DNA of 64,000 nt from Trypanosoma brucei (lineage: Eukaryota), in the NCBI GenBank assembly GCA_000002445.1, contig CP000069.1, positions 1,536,001 to 1,600,000 of the forward strand, given 5' to 3'. Within the stretch, counting starts at the first letter, position 1; each line of letters starts with the position of its first letter. Both the position numbers and the translations under genes were made by a program. Under the pieces are notes generated by a model. That model was not told the DNA's origin and ran no database searches. It saw only the letters and a program-made list of their open reading frames with translations. Below are positions 50,881 to 60,862 of the stretch, one piece after another.

Positions 50881-51280
50881 TTGAAAACGCGCAACTGGAA
50901 GTGGAGCGGCTTTAGAGTCACCTTCCAGTAACAGATGGCGCAGTTGTTCCTTAACTGCTGATCGTGATAATCTCCTACTTTAGAATAACTTTCCCTTCAG
51001 ATTATTTGTGCTTTTGAAGAAAATCGTATCGCGCAGTGAAACTGCCACACTCCAGCGTTTAAAAAAATTAAAAAATTTTACAAAAACAAAAAACCGAAAA
51101 AAAGAAGATAAAAAATAGAAAAATCAATAAAAAAATTTTAAAATGTAAAGAATGAAAAAAAAAATTAAACCCCGCTGGAAAAAAGTAAAAATGTAAGGGG
51201 GGGAAAGCAGCTCAATGTGGAAGAGAAGTGAAGGAACCTTAAGTTCGACAAACAAAAAAGGCGAATTGGCTGCTAGAGGA

Positions 51281-51421
51281 ATAAGGGTTAGGGTCTCCAT
51301 CAAGAAAGAGCGGTAGCACAATTGAAAAATAAAAGATCAAAAGTCGTGACGCTTCACTGCTAGTAAAGAAAACAACATATTAGTAAGAGGAGAAATATCC
51401 CTAACCCTAACCCTTACCCTC
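51281..51421. repeat. Interstitial telomere-hexamer inverted pair: 'GGGTTAGGG' at 51286-51294 and 'CCCTAACCCTAACCCTTACCCT' at 51399-51420
   Basis: The arms 'gaggaataagggttaggg' and 'ccctaaccctaacccttaccctc' are reverse-complement related and separated by a ~105-bp spacer. Both sit inside an A-rich stretch at 51060-51560. Confidence 0.7.
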
Positions 51422-51572
51422 AAAAAAAAATTCAAGAGAAGAAAAGGAGAAAAATGTTAGCCATCGACAAAATAATTCACATGCGCAGACAGCCAAAAAA
51501 ATAATGATATTATTTCCGGGGAACTTACGTGTTAAAATATTTCAAATTCAAGCAAGAAAAGTTGAGGGTATA

Positions 51573-53097
51573 TTAAAAAAGCATGGCCAACAAAGCAGCA
51601 GCCATACTCAGAGCCAATTTCTGATTCAGAAGAAAACTAGAAGAGCGGCACTTTTTTGTCTCTTTATCATCTTCACCATCTTTTCCCTTCCTCCATGCAC
51701 AATTTTGCTTATCTCCTGTTTTGTCATTTTCAGAATCATGTTGATTTTGGTGCCTTGCACACCGAGATGAATCTGCTCTTGTTCCTGCTGCTGTTGGTGC
51801 TGATCTTGCTTTGGGTTTGTATTTTTTTTTTGCATCATAGTCACGGCCAGCCTTGTTGCAGTTATCTGGGCTAGCATGGTGTTTGTCGCATTCTTGTTTA
51901 ATGCTAAGTTGCTTACCTTCCCCTGGAGTTCCTGCTCTTGGTGAGCCGGCTGTTGCCTCCACTGCGTGGTTGCGGCCGTACTCGTGTTCGGCTTGTTTGG
52001 ATAGGTTGTCTATGTCTTTTATAAGAAGCTGCTTTTGTGCCACTTGTTGCTTGTATTCGGAAAATAGTTTCTTTGCTGTTAGTAGATGCCCGATCCAGGC
52101 TATTTTCTAAAACCTTGTTGTGCCATCTTTGATCTGGTCCGTGTATTCAACGCAGACAATTGATGTCCCCGTGCAGACGTTGCCGTTGACTGTTCGGCCT
52201 ATCCCGATCTTGTTCTGGTTGTCTGCTAACTGTCCCAGCTGGCCTAGAGATGCTGCTAGTGCGAGCGTTATGCCTTCATCCAGTTGCTTACCTAGATTCG
52301 TTTTGGGGCATTTGCTTATAAGAGTTTCTAGAGCAAATGCGTTAAGGTTGCTTCCTGTTAAGACGGTTCCTGCTATGTTGGTTCCTCCAGCACAGCTGTC
52401 CTGGTCATTGGTTACTGCGCACAGAAAAAACATGTCGAACGCTATTGATTTTCCGGCGTTTTCTTTTGTGCACTGCAGCACCTTGGTTGTCGCCGTGTTG
52501 ATGTCGCTACATACTGGGGCGGCTGCGGTGCCGATTAATGTTCCTGAGCAGAAAGCTTTGGTTAGTGCGTTGTTTATTGCGTTTCCGAGGGATTTACCGG
52601 TGCTGTCTCGGGGCTCCGTGTTTAGTTGTTCGAGCAAGTTCTGTGCTTCCTGGGTTGACATGTTTATGATGCTTATTTGGTAGTCTTTTAGGTTGCTGTT
52701 ATGCTTGGGCCTGTCTTTGGCGTTCCAGTCGCTCGTCGGGTTGTTAACCGCCTCCGCGGCTGTTAGCCACCGCGACCATTGTTTTGACCAGTCCAGTCCT
52801 TTGGTTGAGTCGCTATTGGCCTGCTTATACTTGCCCCACCCCTGTTTTGCCTCGGCTTTTTCAAACATTTTCCTCCAATCCGCTGGTGCTACCGACATGT
52901 TCAGCTTCAGTAGGCTGTCATAGCTTGGTGGCGCCGGCATTGGTGAGCAAGCAGGTAATTTCATGTTTTGAGTTACGTCGCATGCCAAGCAAAGGGAATG
53001 AAATGGGGCCTGGGCGCCCTTTGTCGGCTGGTTCACACAGGGGAGTTATCAGCAACGCCATTAGCGGCAGAAAGTATGGAGTTACACGCATCACCAT
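51573..53097 (-). pseudogene. VSG pseudogene (type-B N-domain; frameshifts)
   Basis: ORF 52918-53289 contains the signal peptide 'MVMRVTPYFLPLMALLITPLCEPADKGRPGP'. ORF 52107-53036 is the N-domain ('...SVAPADWRKMFEKAEAKQGWGKYKQ...'). ORF 51573-52043 is the C-domain and ends in the canonical '...DKTGDKQNCAWRKGKDGEDDKETKKCRSSSFLLNQKLALSMAAALLAMLF*'. Confidence 0.85.
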
Positions 53098-53276
53098 CTT
53101 TATCTTTGTGAAAAAACATTTAGGGCCGTTGTGTAATTTAGCGTTGGCGCCTGAAGATTTGTCGAGTTTACGAAACTTCTCAGTGGCGATGAGAGCTTGT
53201 TTAAAGGAAGTTTTTGATTTAGTCATGTGCTGCAGTGTGAGAGAATTCGGTTGTGTTAGATTTAAGTCACAACTTC

Positions 53277-54149
53277 TTAGCCTTGACAAAATCTTTTTCT
53301 ACAACTGCGGCTCCACAAATACTCCATATTCAATATACCATTTCCCACCATATATCCCATAACTTTGAATTTCCCCCAATGGTTCGTATTAAATTTCCTT
53401 CTCTCAAATTCTCTATAACAACTAAGATTTTTTACAATAAGCTTTGCTTTTTCCTCCAATGCAATTAGTTGTTGTGTAAAATGAATGAATGGCGCCTCTT
53501 CGACTTCACTATGTGGAATAGTAAAAAATCTCTCATCAAAACTAATCGCTGAGCAACAGCTTCTTCCTGAATTGCACTCCATATTAGCAAAGATTTATAA
53601 ATACTTTGTTACGACCATTATTCTTCACTTCCTTTCGATAGGTCTTTAAAATCTAATTCAAATTTCTTAAACGCCAACTCTCTCGCTATCAAGCCAACAC
53701 CACTAAGACAGTGTTTGCCACAAGAATTAGACTTCAGAAAATGAGGTATTTTTTATCCTATTCTTTCCTGTATCCAATATTTAAAAACAATACACATTTC
53801 TCCAACGCTCTTTGTGATCTGAATTATCGAGCAACTCTAACTGAGATGCATAACACTCTGATGTTGTCATGAATATAATAGTGTAAATTTGTTTCTCTTT
53901 GATGACATCTTCTTCACTACCTTTTTCGTCATTAGCTGCACTATTTTGTATAACATATTCCACAGCATTCAAATACTTATCATGTTCGGATATTATATCA
54001 GCCGGTCCATCAACAGTAATGACAATATCCTCATCACTTGCATTCTGTTTTTCTAAAAATTCCATAACCCATCTAGGCCTTTTAATATGACTATACAACC
54101 ATCCCATTTCAATTGTAATAATTTCAACATTTCTTACTTTGGCACTCAA
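53277..54149 (-). pseudogene. Small-ORF family member, copy 2 (122-aa ORF plus a downstream out-of-frame continuation); function unknown
   Basis: ORF 53781-54149 reads 'MSAKVRNVEIITIEMGWLYSHIKRPRWVMEFLEKQNASDEDIVITVDGPADIISEHDKYLNAVEYVIQNSAANDEKGSEEDVIKEKQIYTIIFMTTSECYASQLELLDNSDHKERWRNVYCF'. It is ~80% identical at the nucleotide level to 15850-16130. It sits between a 70-bp repeat at 54750-54830 and the VSG at 51573-53097. Confidence 0.5.
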
Positions 54150-54749
54150 TATGAGTCTACACCATTCTTTAGTTGCATGAGTTTGTCACTACAACCACAA
54201 ATACTCTTTGTTTTCTCATGGTAATTCTGTGTTTGATTTGCCGTTGTTTCTCTTCAAGAGATATTGAGCTTAAATAAACTAAATGAAGCAAAAGTACAAA
54301 AATACTAAACTTAGTGCCCTAATCTATCTTTAAAATTTGATAGGGTTATAAGAAAAACTTATAAAAGCTTAATAAAAAATACAGTTTGGCCACTAATGTC
54401 TTTACATAAGCAATCCCTTGACATTGTTGTGATACAGCTGTTGAAGGGTCTGTACTTAGTGTTGGTGTCTTCCATTTGAGAAATCATTTACATTCTTTTA
54501 GTTTAAGAAGATAGCTTCAATTTCACCTAGTTAAGCACACTAATCTTTGACTATAACTCATTATCACCTCCATCATATCTTCGTTTACGATGAGATCCAA
54601 TTGTCATATCGATGTTTAAATCCGCATATATTCAACATAAATGAGTCTTTTTTCCCCTTCCTCTCTCACTTACTCATTTACTTGTTGTTCACCGTTACCA
54701 TTATTTTAAATGCTTTTATTTTTTCGTTGACTTAGTGTTCTTCACCGCT

Positions 54750-54830
54750 TATATTGTATTATTATTATGCACACTCACATCGGTTACTCATATTAATATT
54801 ATTATAGTTTATATTATAATTCTAAGTAAT
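54750..54830 (-). repeat. 70-bp repeat (degenerate, 1-2 units)
   Basis: 'attattattatgcacactcacatcggttactcatattaatattattatagtttatattataa'. Confidence 0.6.
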
Positions 54831-55089
54831 ATCATAAAAAACATAAAATAAACTACAAAAAACCCAATTAGAATAGCACTAATTTTTTATGCTCTATCAC
54901 TGTTTTACTTTACACTCAGAGGCCGATGTTACACGAATTTTTCTAAATTTTAAAATTTACGTTAAAAAGTGTTAAAATAGAAGACATTCTTATATTATAA
55001 AGCAGATTTTATTAACTTCATAAAATTGAGCAAAAATATTTTATAAATTTAATTACAAAAGCAAAAATGCAAGCCAAAGAGGGGCCTTA

Positions 55090-56530
55090 TTAATGATAAA
55101 AGAATTTCTTTCTGTGGTGTTTGTGTTTGGAGCTGCTGTTGTAGTTTTTGCATGGTCTCCTCCGCATTTGCTATCTTTTAATTCACACTTTTCCCGGTTG
55201 CAGTCATCTTCTTTGTCCCTTTGCATTCGATACTGGTGGGTCTGTAGCGGTTATCGTCTTAATCTGCACTTGATTTGCATTCATACCGCGACAGAATGCT
55301 AGTGCTGTTGCGTAGCCACCACTTGTGGCGATAGCAGGTAATGATCGTTTCAGTTGATCGTCGCCGAGAGGGTTGGGAAGTTTGGTGTTAGACAACGTGT
55401 TGAGGAAAAGTTCCTTGACCTTTTTTGTTTTGTCGCCCAACAAATTTTCTACTTCTTTTTTAGGGTGTCTGTTGTTTGGGCTGTGGTCGCCTTGTCTGTT
55501 GTTACGAGCCACGCAGCTTTCTGGGAATCTCCGTCGTTGCTGAGCTCTGCGATTGTGTTATCTTGCAATGTAGGTGTTGTTTGGAAGACTAAGTTTTTCA
55601 GTTGGCGTATTACGTCTGCGGTTTGTGCTACTGTTAGTAATGTGGTCGCTGTGTGCCCGGTGTGTTCGGAGTTCTTGGTTGAGCTGCCTGGCGCCTGGCT
55701 CTGTTGCTTGGCTTGCAGTGTTGTCGCCGTCGTATAGCGTGTAATCGCCTTCACTCCCACATGGTGTGTGTTTTTACCAGCTCGTTAACCGCGTTGTTGC
55801 CGGCGGTGTCAGAGCCGCAGCCGATGCCCGTCCCGCCTAGTGGATGTTTGATATTTGCTCCTGCCCCGTGGTATGTTATAGTGATCTTGTAGTTTATGAA
55901 TGCGAAGGCGTCGTCAGGTGTCAGCGACACTTGTGTTATCTCTGCGTGTCACCGTGCTGCTTCTTTGAGCTTGCTCTCCGTGCTTGAGTCTTGTGGGCAT
56001 AGGTCTTGTTTTTCCTGCTTTGCATTGACATACGTGGTGCATGTCGCCGCTGTACCGCCTGTTGCCTTGTTCCCACTGTCGTTGTTTGTTTCGCTCGCCT
56101 TGGCCTTGGACACACCTCCGGCTTGGTTCGCCATTAGCGCCGTTAGGGCTCCTAGCCGGCGATTTAGCAAGTTAAGTAGCGGGTCTATTGTCTGTTGGAT
56201 GGTTTCTATCTCCCCCTGTAGCTTGGTTCTTCTTTTTTCTGCTGCTGCTACCAGTGCGAGATACTGTTGTTGCTGGCGCAGTGTGGCCATTGCGCAGGCT
56301 GCTAGTTCGAAAGTTTGTTGCTCTTTTTTAAGCTGGTCCAGGTTTGTTATTGGAGTTGCCAGCTTATCGGAAATGGCTGCTTGTGTCTCTCTGATGAATT
56401 TTATTTGCTGGTAAGGCGTGGTTATTGTCGCGGCTAGGACGCCCGCTGATTCTGCTGCCACGTTCCGTACCTGTGCTGCCAGTGCTGCTGCGAAGATTAT
56501 TAAAGTCGCCGTGCTTTGATTGCAGGTCAT
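55090..56530 (-). pseudogene. VSG pseudogene (type-B N-domain; multiple frameshifts; alternative C-terminal type)
   Basis: ORF 55949-56530 reads 'MTCNQSTATLIIFAAALAAQVRNVAAESAG...QQYLALVAAAEKRRTKLQGEIETIQQ...'. ORFs 55449-55760 and 55204-55512 follow in other frames. The 3' end '...DDCNREKCELKDSKCGG...NTNTTERNSFIINKAPLWLAFL' is homologous to the remnant at 9270-9560. Confidence 0.75.
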
Positions 56531-58007
56531 GTTTGTATGTGAAAAGCCGTTTGTCCGTTGCTTTTGTGCTGGAAAGGAGTTGGGAGCTTGTAATAATTTC
56601 TTTCTGAGCCACAGTTACTGTAGAGTATCGATTGTGGTAGTTCCACATTTGTTGCTAATGACAACCTTCCCATCCCTTTTAAATTAAATCTCATCTTTTT
56701 TAAACTTTGTTAAAGTCAGCGACTATCTTGTAGGGTTTGTATGATGACGGACCTATATATCGTTAAAAGACTGCTAATAGCTACAAATTTATCTCTTTTC
56801 GCTGGCTCCTCCCTCTAGTTCCAGGGTATCACGCTCTTTTCACGCCCTGTAGGTGAATTTATTCGATGCCTGGTGAGTGATGGCTGTCACTGCTTCTCCG
56901 AAGTCATCAATCAAAAGTCTTCTAGTATTAAATCTCCCATAATCAGTTTTCTCACTGGTTGCGCCGTTTTCCTTGCAAGGTCTGGGTAAATTTTAGTGAT
57001 TGTCTCTGCATCTGTTTTACTACCATTTTTATTTACAACAGCCCCTCAAAAATAGCTTTCGTCATGCGGATCAGTGAATTGGCCTCGTAAATGGCTGTTT
57101 GTTTTCCTGGTAGCTCTCTTGAGTTTAGTTTTGCTGCTTGTCCTGAAAAGGTTTCTGCAGCTGTAAACCTTTTGATCCACCTAGTAGTTGCCATGTGCAA
57201 GCCACCTGATTCTGTCGGTACCATTTCCATTTACTATTACCTCTTTCGCTCTCACTAAACGACATAAGCCTGAAGAGACGATGAAATATTATTGAGAAAA
57301 AAGCGCATTTTTTTGGCTTCTGACTAATAGATTAGATACACCTAATTTATTAAGTCAGCTAGTTTTTAATCTAGTAAGTCAGGATATTAAGTTGTTGTTT
57401 CACATTTGCGGCTGAATGTATTCTAGAAAACCACGAAGATAAGTACTCTATCTAAAAACCACAGCAATTTTCTAGAGTAGATACCACTATGATCCACTGT
57501 ATCTACTTTATCTTGGGTCTAAATAACGGCTTCATTTTTTCTTTTCCTTTGGTATACTGATGCATTATTGGAATTGTTGCTGCTTCTGAACATGACGCTG
57601 GTGCCTTCACTTCTCACAAGGTCGGGTGCAATCATCACCTGCTTATTTTTTTGTTTGTTGCTTGGCTTTGCTAATTCTTGTGCATATCACATAGAAAAGA
57701 ACTGCAAGGTCTCTTCAAATGAATCATTCGTGCTGCACTTCTGTTTATTCATGATAATTCTTTTAGTGGAAATAGTGCAACCCTTCAAGAGCTTGTGGAA
57801 ACATATTAGAAGTGTGTCACTTAGACGCATTCCACTTACATTGCTTCCATAGCATTAGTTTCAGTTCCTTTATTTATCCTGTACAATGCACTTAGCTACT
57901 TTCTCATCGTCCTCTCCATCACAATCTTGTGTGTAATGATGATGATGGTTATACTAATGTTTGTGTTTGAAAAAGAGCATACTAAATCCCCATTTTCCCT
58001 CTTTGTC

Positions 58008-58031
58008 TCACACACACACACACACACACAC
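58008..58031. repeat. (CA)n microsatellite, about 12 units
   Basis: 'cacacacacacacacacacacaca'. Confidence 0.95.
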
Positions 58032-58109
58032 TTAATCTCACTAAACCTGTGCTGTTGTTTTTGTGCTTCTATTTTTGTGTCTCCTCGTTATGCACTATTA
58101 TTGCTCTCA

Positions 58110-58190
58110 TAATAATATTAAAATATACCCACTCACAACGTGATTGTATCATCATCATTATTATTATTATCATTTTTATTATAACACCAC
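58110..58190 (-). repeat. 70-bp repeat (1 unit)
   Basis: 'aatattaaaatatacccactcacaacgtgattgtatcatcatcattattattattatca'. Confidence 0.7.
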
Positions 58191-58330
58191 CAATGAAAAT
58201 AAAAATTAAATTAAATTGGAATAGTACTAACTTTTCATACTATATAACGATACTACTTTGCATCGGCAGGAGATTTTTATACATAGTTTTTAGATGCTTT
58301 TAATTCTAAATTTTTAATGGTTTGAAAGAA

Positions 58331-58347
58331 GTGTTAAAATATAGAAA
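58331..58347 (-). promoter_or_regulatory. VSG 3'UTR 16-mer
   Basis: + strand 'gtgttaaaatatagaaa' lies ~100 bp downstream of the VSG stop at 58443. Confidence 0.55.
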
Positions 58348-58442
58348 AGTTTAACAAATTTTATCAAATTATTAAAAACGGCATATTTCATAAGTTGAAT
58401 AAATTGAGGAAATTGAAGAAAAACCCTAAAATCCTTAAAATT

Positions 58443-59975
58443 CTACCAAATCACAAAAGCAGAAGCCATACTCGGAGCCAATTTCTTATTGGGGAGAAAA
58501 CTGGAATCTTTGCATTTGTTTTCTTCCCATTTGCAACCAGCTTCCTTCTTGCAAACATCCTCCACTTTGCCTGTACATTTTTCTGTTGCTGTTTGTTCAT
58601 TTCCTTTTGTTTCTCCCGCTTGGGTTTTCGCTTGTCCGACTTTTGTTGTATTCAATTTGCACTTTTTCTCTCCTTCTGTAGCCTTATCATTCCATTCACA
58701 TTCTGACTTTAGGCTGCATTCTTCGGGGATAACTATTGCTTCACAATCTTTGCTGATATTGTTCGCTTGGTCCTTGTTGGCTGGTGTCAATATTTCTTGT
58801 GACGCTATGGGGGGTTTGGTTAAAGCTAAATGCGAGTAAAGTTTGTCAGCTTTGGCGCGCAATGCTTTCAGCTTGGTGTTTATTACCTTTGCGACAGTCG
58901 CTGCCTCTGATGCTGCGTCCAGTTTATTGGCTGCTTCTAATAGCTTCTCTTCCCACTGTATCTTTGTTGCTGTGCCTGTTGCTGCCAGCAGGGTTGATGC
59001 GCTCATGTCTACACAAGCGGCGCTCGCTTCCGCCCGGCAGTCGTGGTTGGTGCCCGCTGTCCCCAGAATTACGCTTTTGCCGCTGCCACCTCCCTTTGTC
59101 TTGTAGAGCCCTTTGAGCTGCGCTAGTAAACTGCGTATGTTGGCCCCTGTTGGTTTGACTGACGGCATCTTTAGGCAGTGCGGTTCAAGTTCCCTATACG
59201 CTGCTTTGACGCCGGCTTCATTCCAAGACGTAACATCCTGTGTTAGTGTCGCTCCGCAGACATCGGTGTTGGGCTGGTCCCCCGAGTTTTTTGCACACAG
59301 ACACACCGAAACTATGCAAAGAGCGTTGCCTGCTGTGGCTACTTTACAGTCAGCGGCCCTGTTGCCGCCTTTTGCCCCCGGGCATTTGTTTTCTGCTAAA
59401 GTTTCAGCCTTCCCTGCGCCGTACGCTGCTGTTTTTAGATCGTCCAGCACTTTCTGTTTCAGGTCTGTTAGTGCTGGTCTACTTTCCGCATCGAATCTTG
59501 CCTGAAGTGTTGCCGCCTCAGCTGCTATTGCTGCTGCAGCTAATGCGGCTGCCCGGCCTACGCTGCTCGTTTTTTGCATTGGTGAGATTTTTGCAGCCTT
59601 ATTGTTTTTGTCTTTGTTTGCTAAGGAATGCGCTATGTGTTGCCATGCCAGCCATTGTTCCTGGCAGCTGTCTTTCGATTGGACGTCCTCACATCCTTTG
59701 GCTTCGGCCTTGGTTTTGATGCCGTCCGTCGGAAAGGCCTTAGTCCAATAGTCATCTGCTAACGAAAAGTTCACTTCGTTGATAGCGGCGATTTCATCTG
59801 TTTCGAGCTGGGCTGTTGGCATGTCGGTGCCATCGTCGTTGGCTATTTTTATTAGGGAGCACACCGTGGTTAGTTCAGCTAAATTTAATGCTTCACTGTC
59901 GGCTGCGTGCGAATATCGGGTTGCTGCTACTACAAACAGGAGTAACACACTGGCGTGAGCTGGTATCAAAGTCAT
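58443..59975 (-). CDS. VSG: Variant surface glycoprotein, apparently intact (510 aa, type-B N-domain); the GPI signal is short or atypical and ends '...SMASAFVIW'
   Basis: It is one uninterrupted ORF. The signal peptide is 'MTLIPAHASVLLLFVVAATRYSHA'. The N-domain is colinear with 33033-34346. The cysteine-rich C-domain reads '...CTGKVEDVCKKEAGCKWEENKCKDSSFLPNKKLAPSMASAFVIW*'. Confidence 0.8.
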   Translation of the reverse strand: MTLIPAHASVLLLFVVAATRYSHAADSEALNLAELTTVCSLIKIANDDGTDMPTAQLETDEIAAINEVNFSLADDYWTKAFPTDGIKTKAEAKGCEDVQSKDSCQEQWLAWQHIAHSLANKDKNNKAAKISPMQKTSSVGRAAALAAAAIAAEAATLQARFDAESRPALTDLKQKVLDDLKTAAYGAGKAETLAENKCPGAKGGNRAADCKVATAGNALCIVSVCLCAKNSGDQPNTDVCGATLTQDVTSWNEAGVKAAYRELEPHCLKMPSVKPTGANIRSLLAQLKGLYKTKGGGSGKSVILGTAGTNHDCRAEASAACVDMSASTLLAATGTATKIQWEEKLLEAANKLDAASEAATVAKVINTKLKALRAKADKLYSHLALTKPPIASQEILTPANKDQANNISKDCEAIVIPEECSLKSECEWNDKATEGEKKCKLNTTKVGQAKTQAGETKGNEQTATEKCTGKVEDVCKKEAGCKWEENKCKDSSFLPNKKLAPSMASAFVIW

Positions 59976-60284
59976 ATTTATTGTGTGTTGATGGTTATAC
60001 GCTTAGATGCTTTGCACTCTAAAATAGATGCGTTGGTTTCATTTCAAAGGAAGTTAGGGAACTCTTGAGGCGCCTTGCCGTGTACTTTGGCACTTACCCT
60101 CACGGGTTGGTACCTGTCGTTCATTTTTATCAGAAAAAGTTGTTCTTTATGCGTAGTGCTAATACTTCTTCCGGGTTTTGTGGGTGGTATCGCAACGATG
60201 CCTTGCCGCTGGAGGCTCAGATTTCCGCTTTGGCGTAAATTCCTTTTTAAAATTCTATACTCGTTGACTTTTTTAAATTTTCCA

Positions 60285-60862
60285 CCGAGCAACCGTCAGG
60301 TCCATGCAGTCTGACCAGCCGAGGGTAAGGCTTAAATGCATTTATCCGCACCACGCCGTGAGGACATGGTAGTGTGGGACTCAACGCTGGAGGCCAGCGT
60401 GCCTATCCACTAAAACCCCCTTTGTTTCTTTGAGAATCGACACATACAGGTGGGCCACCGCATGTGTGCGATTCTAGGGGGCGTTGTCCATTTGCCGTCC
60501 ATCCGATCCCTCCCACATTGCATCTGAACCATGTTTACCATATCCATCTGCCTCCCCGGCCGGAAGTTGGGTCAGGGATTTTGGTTCCCCCACCTGAGCA
60601 GGGTACTGAACCGTGGTGCAACACTAAGTAATGGTTCTTTCTTCATGGAGCAGCCACAGCATATTCAGTATTGCAACCGACTTTTGGATGGAACATTTGG
60701 CTTTCCAGTCGATTTCTCTTCTGGTACGTGACCCTGGCGCCACATTGAGGCAGATTCATTCTTAGTGTAAGCTAAATAATCTGCGCCCGCGGGGATTCAC
60801 CCAGGAATTATCTGCGACGAGCACTCTACTTAACCACTAAACCAGGGGCCGGTTAAGTTGCT
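60285..60862 (-). mobile_element. ~550-bp dispersed element, copy 2 (inverted relative to copy 1)
   Basis: The reverse complement carries the same tRNA-like segment ('GGTTTAGTGGTTAAGTAGAGTGC...GGGTGAATCCCC'), the same Pr77-like motif, a ~277-bp 100%-identical core (60507-60783) and the 66-aa ORF 60531-60731, which is identical to ORF 15125-15325. Confidence 0.6.
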
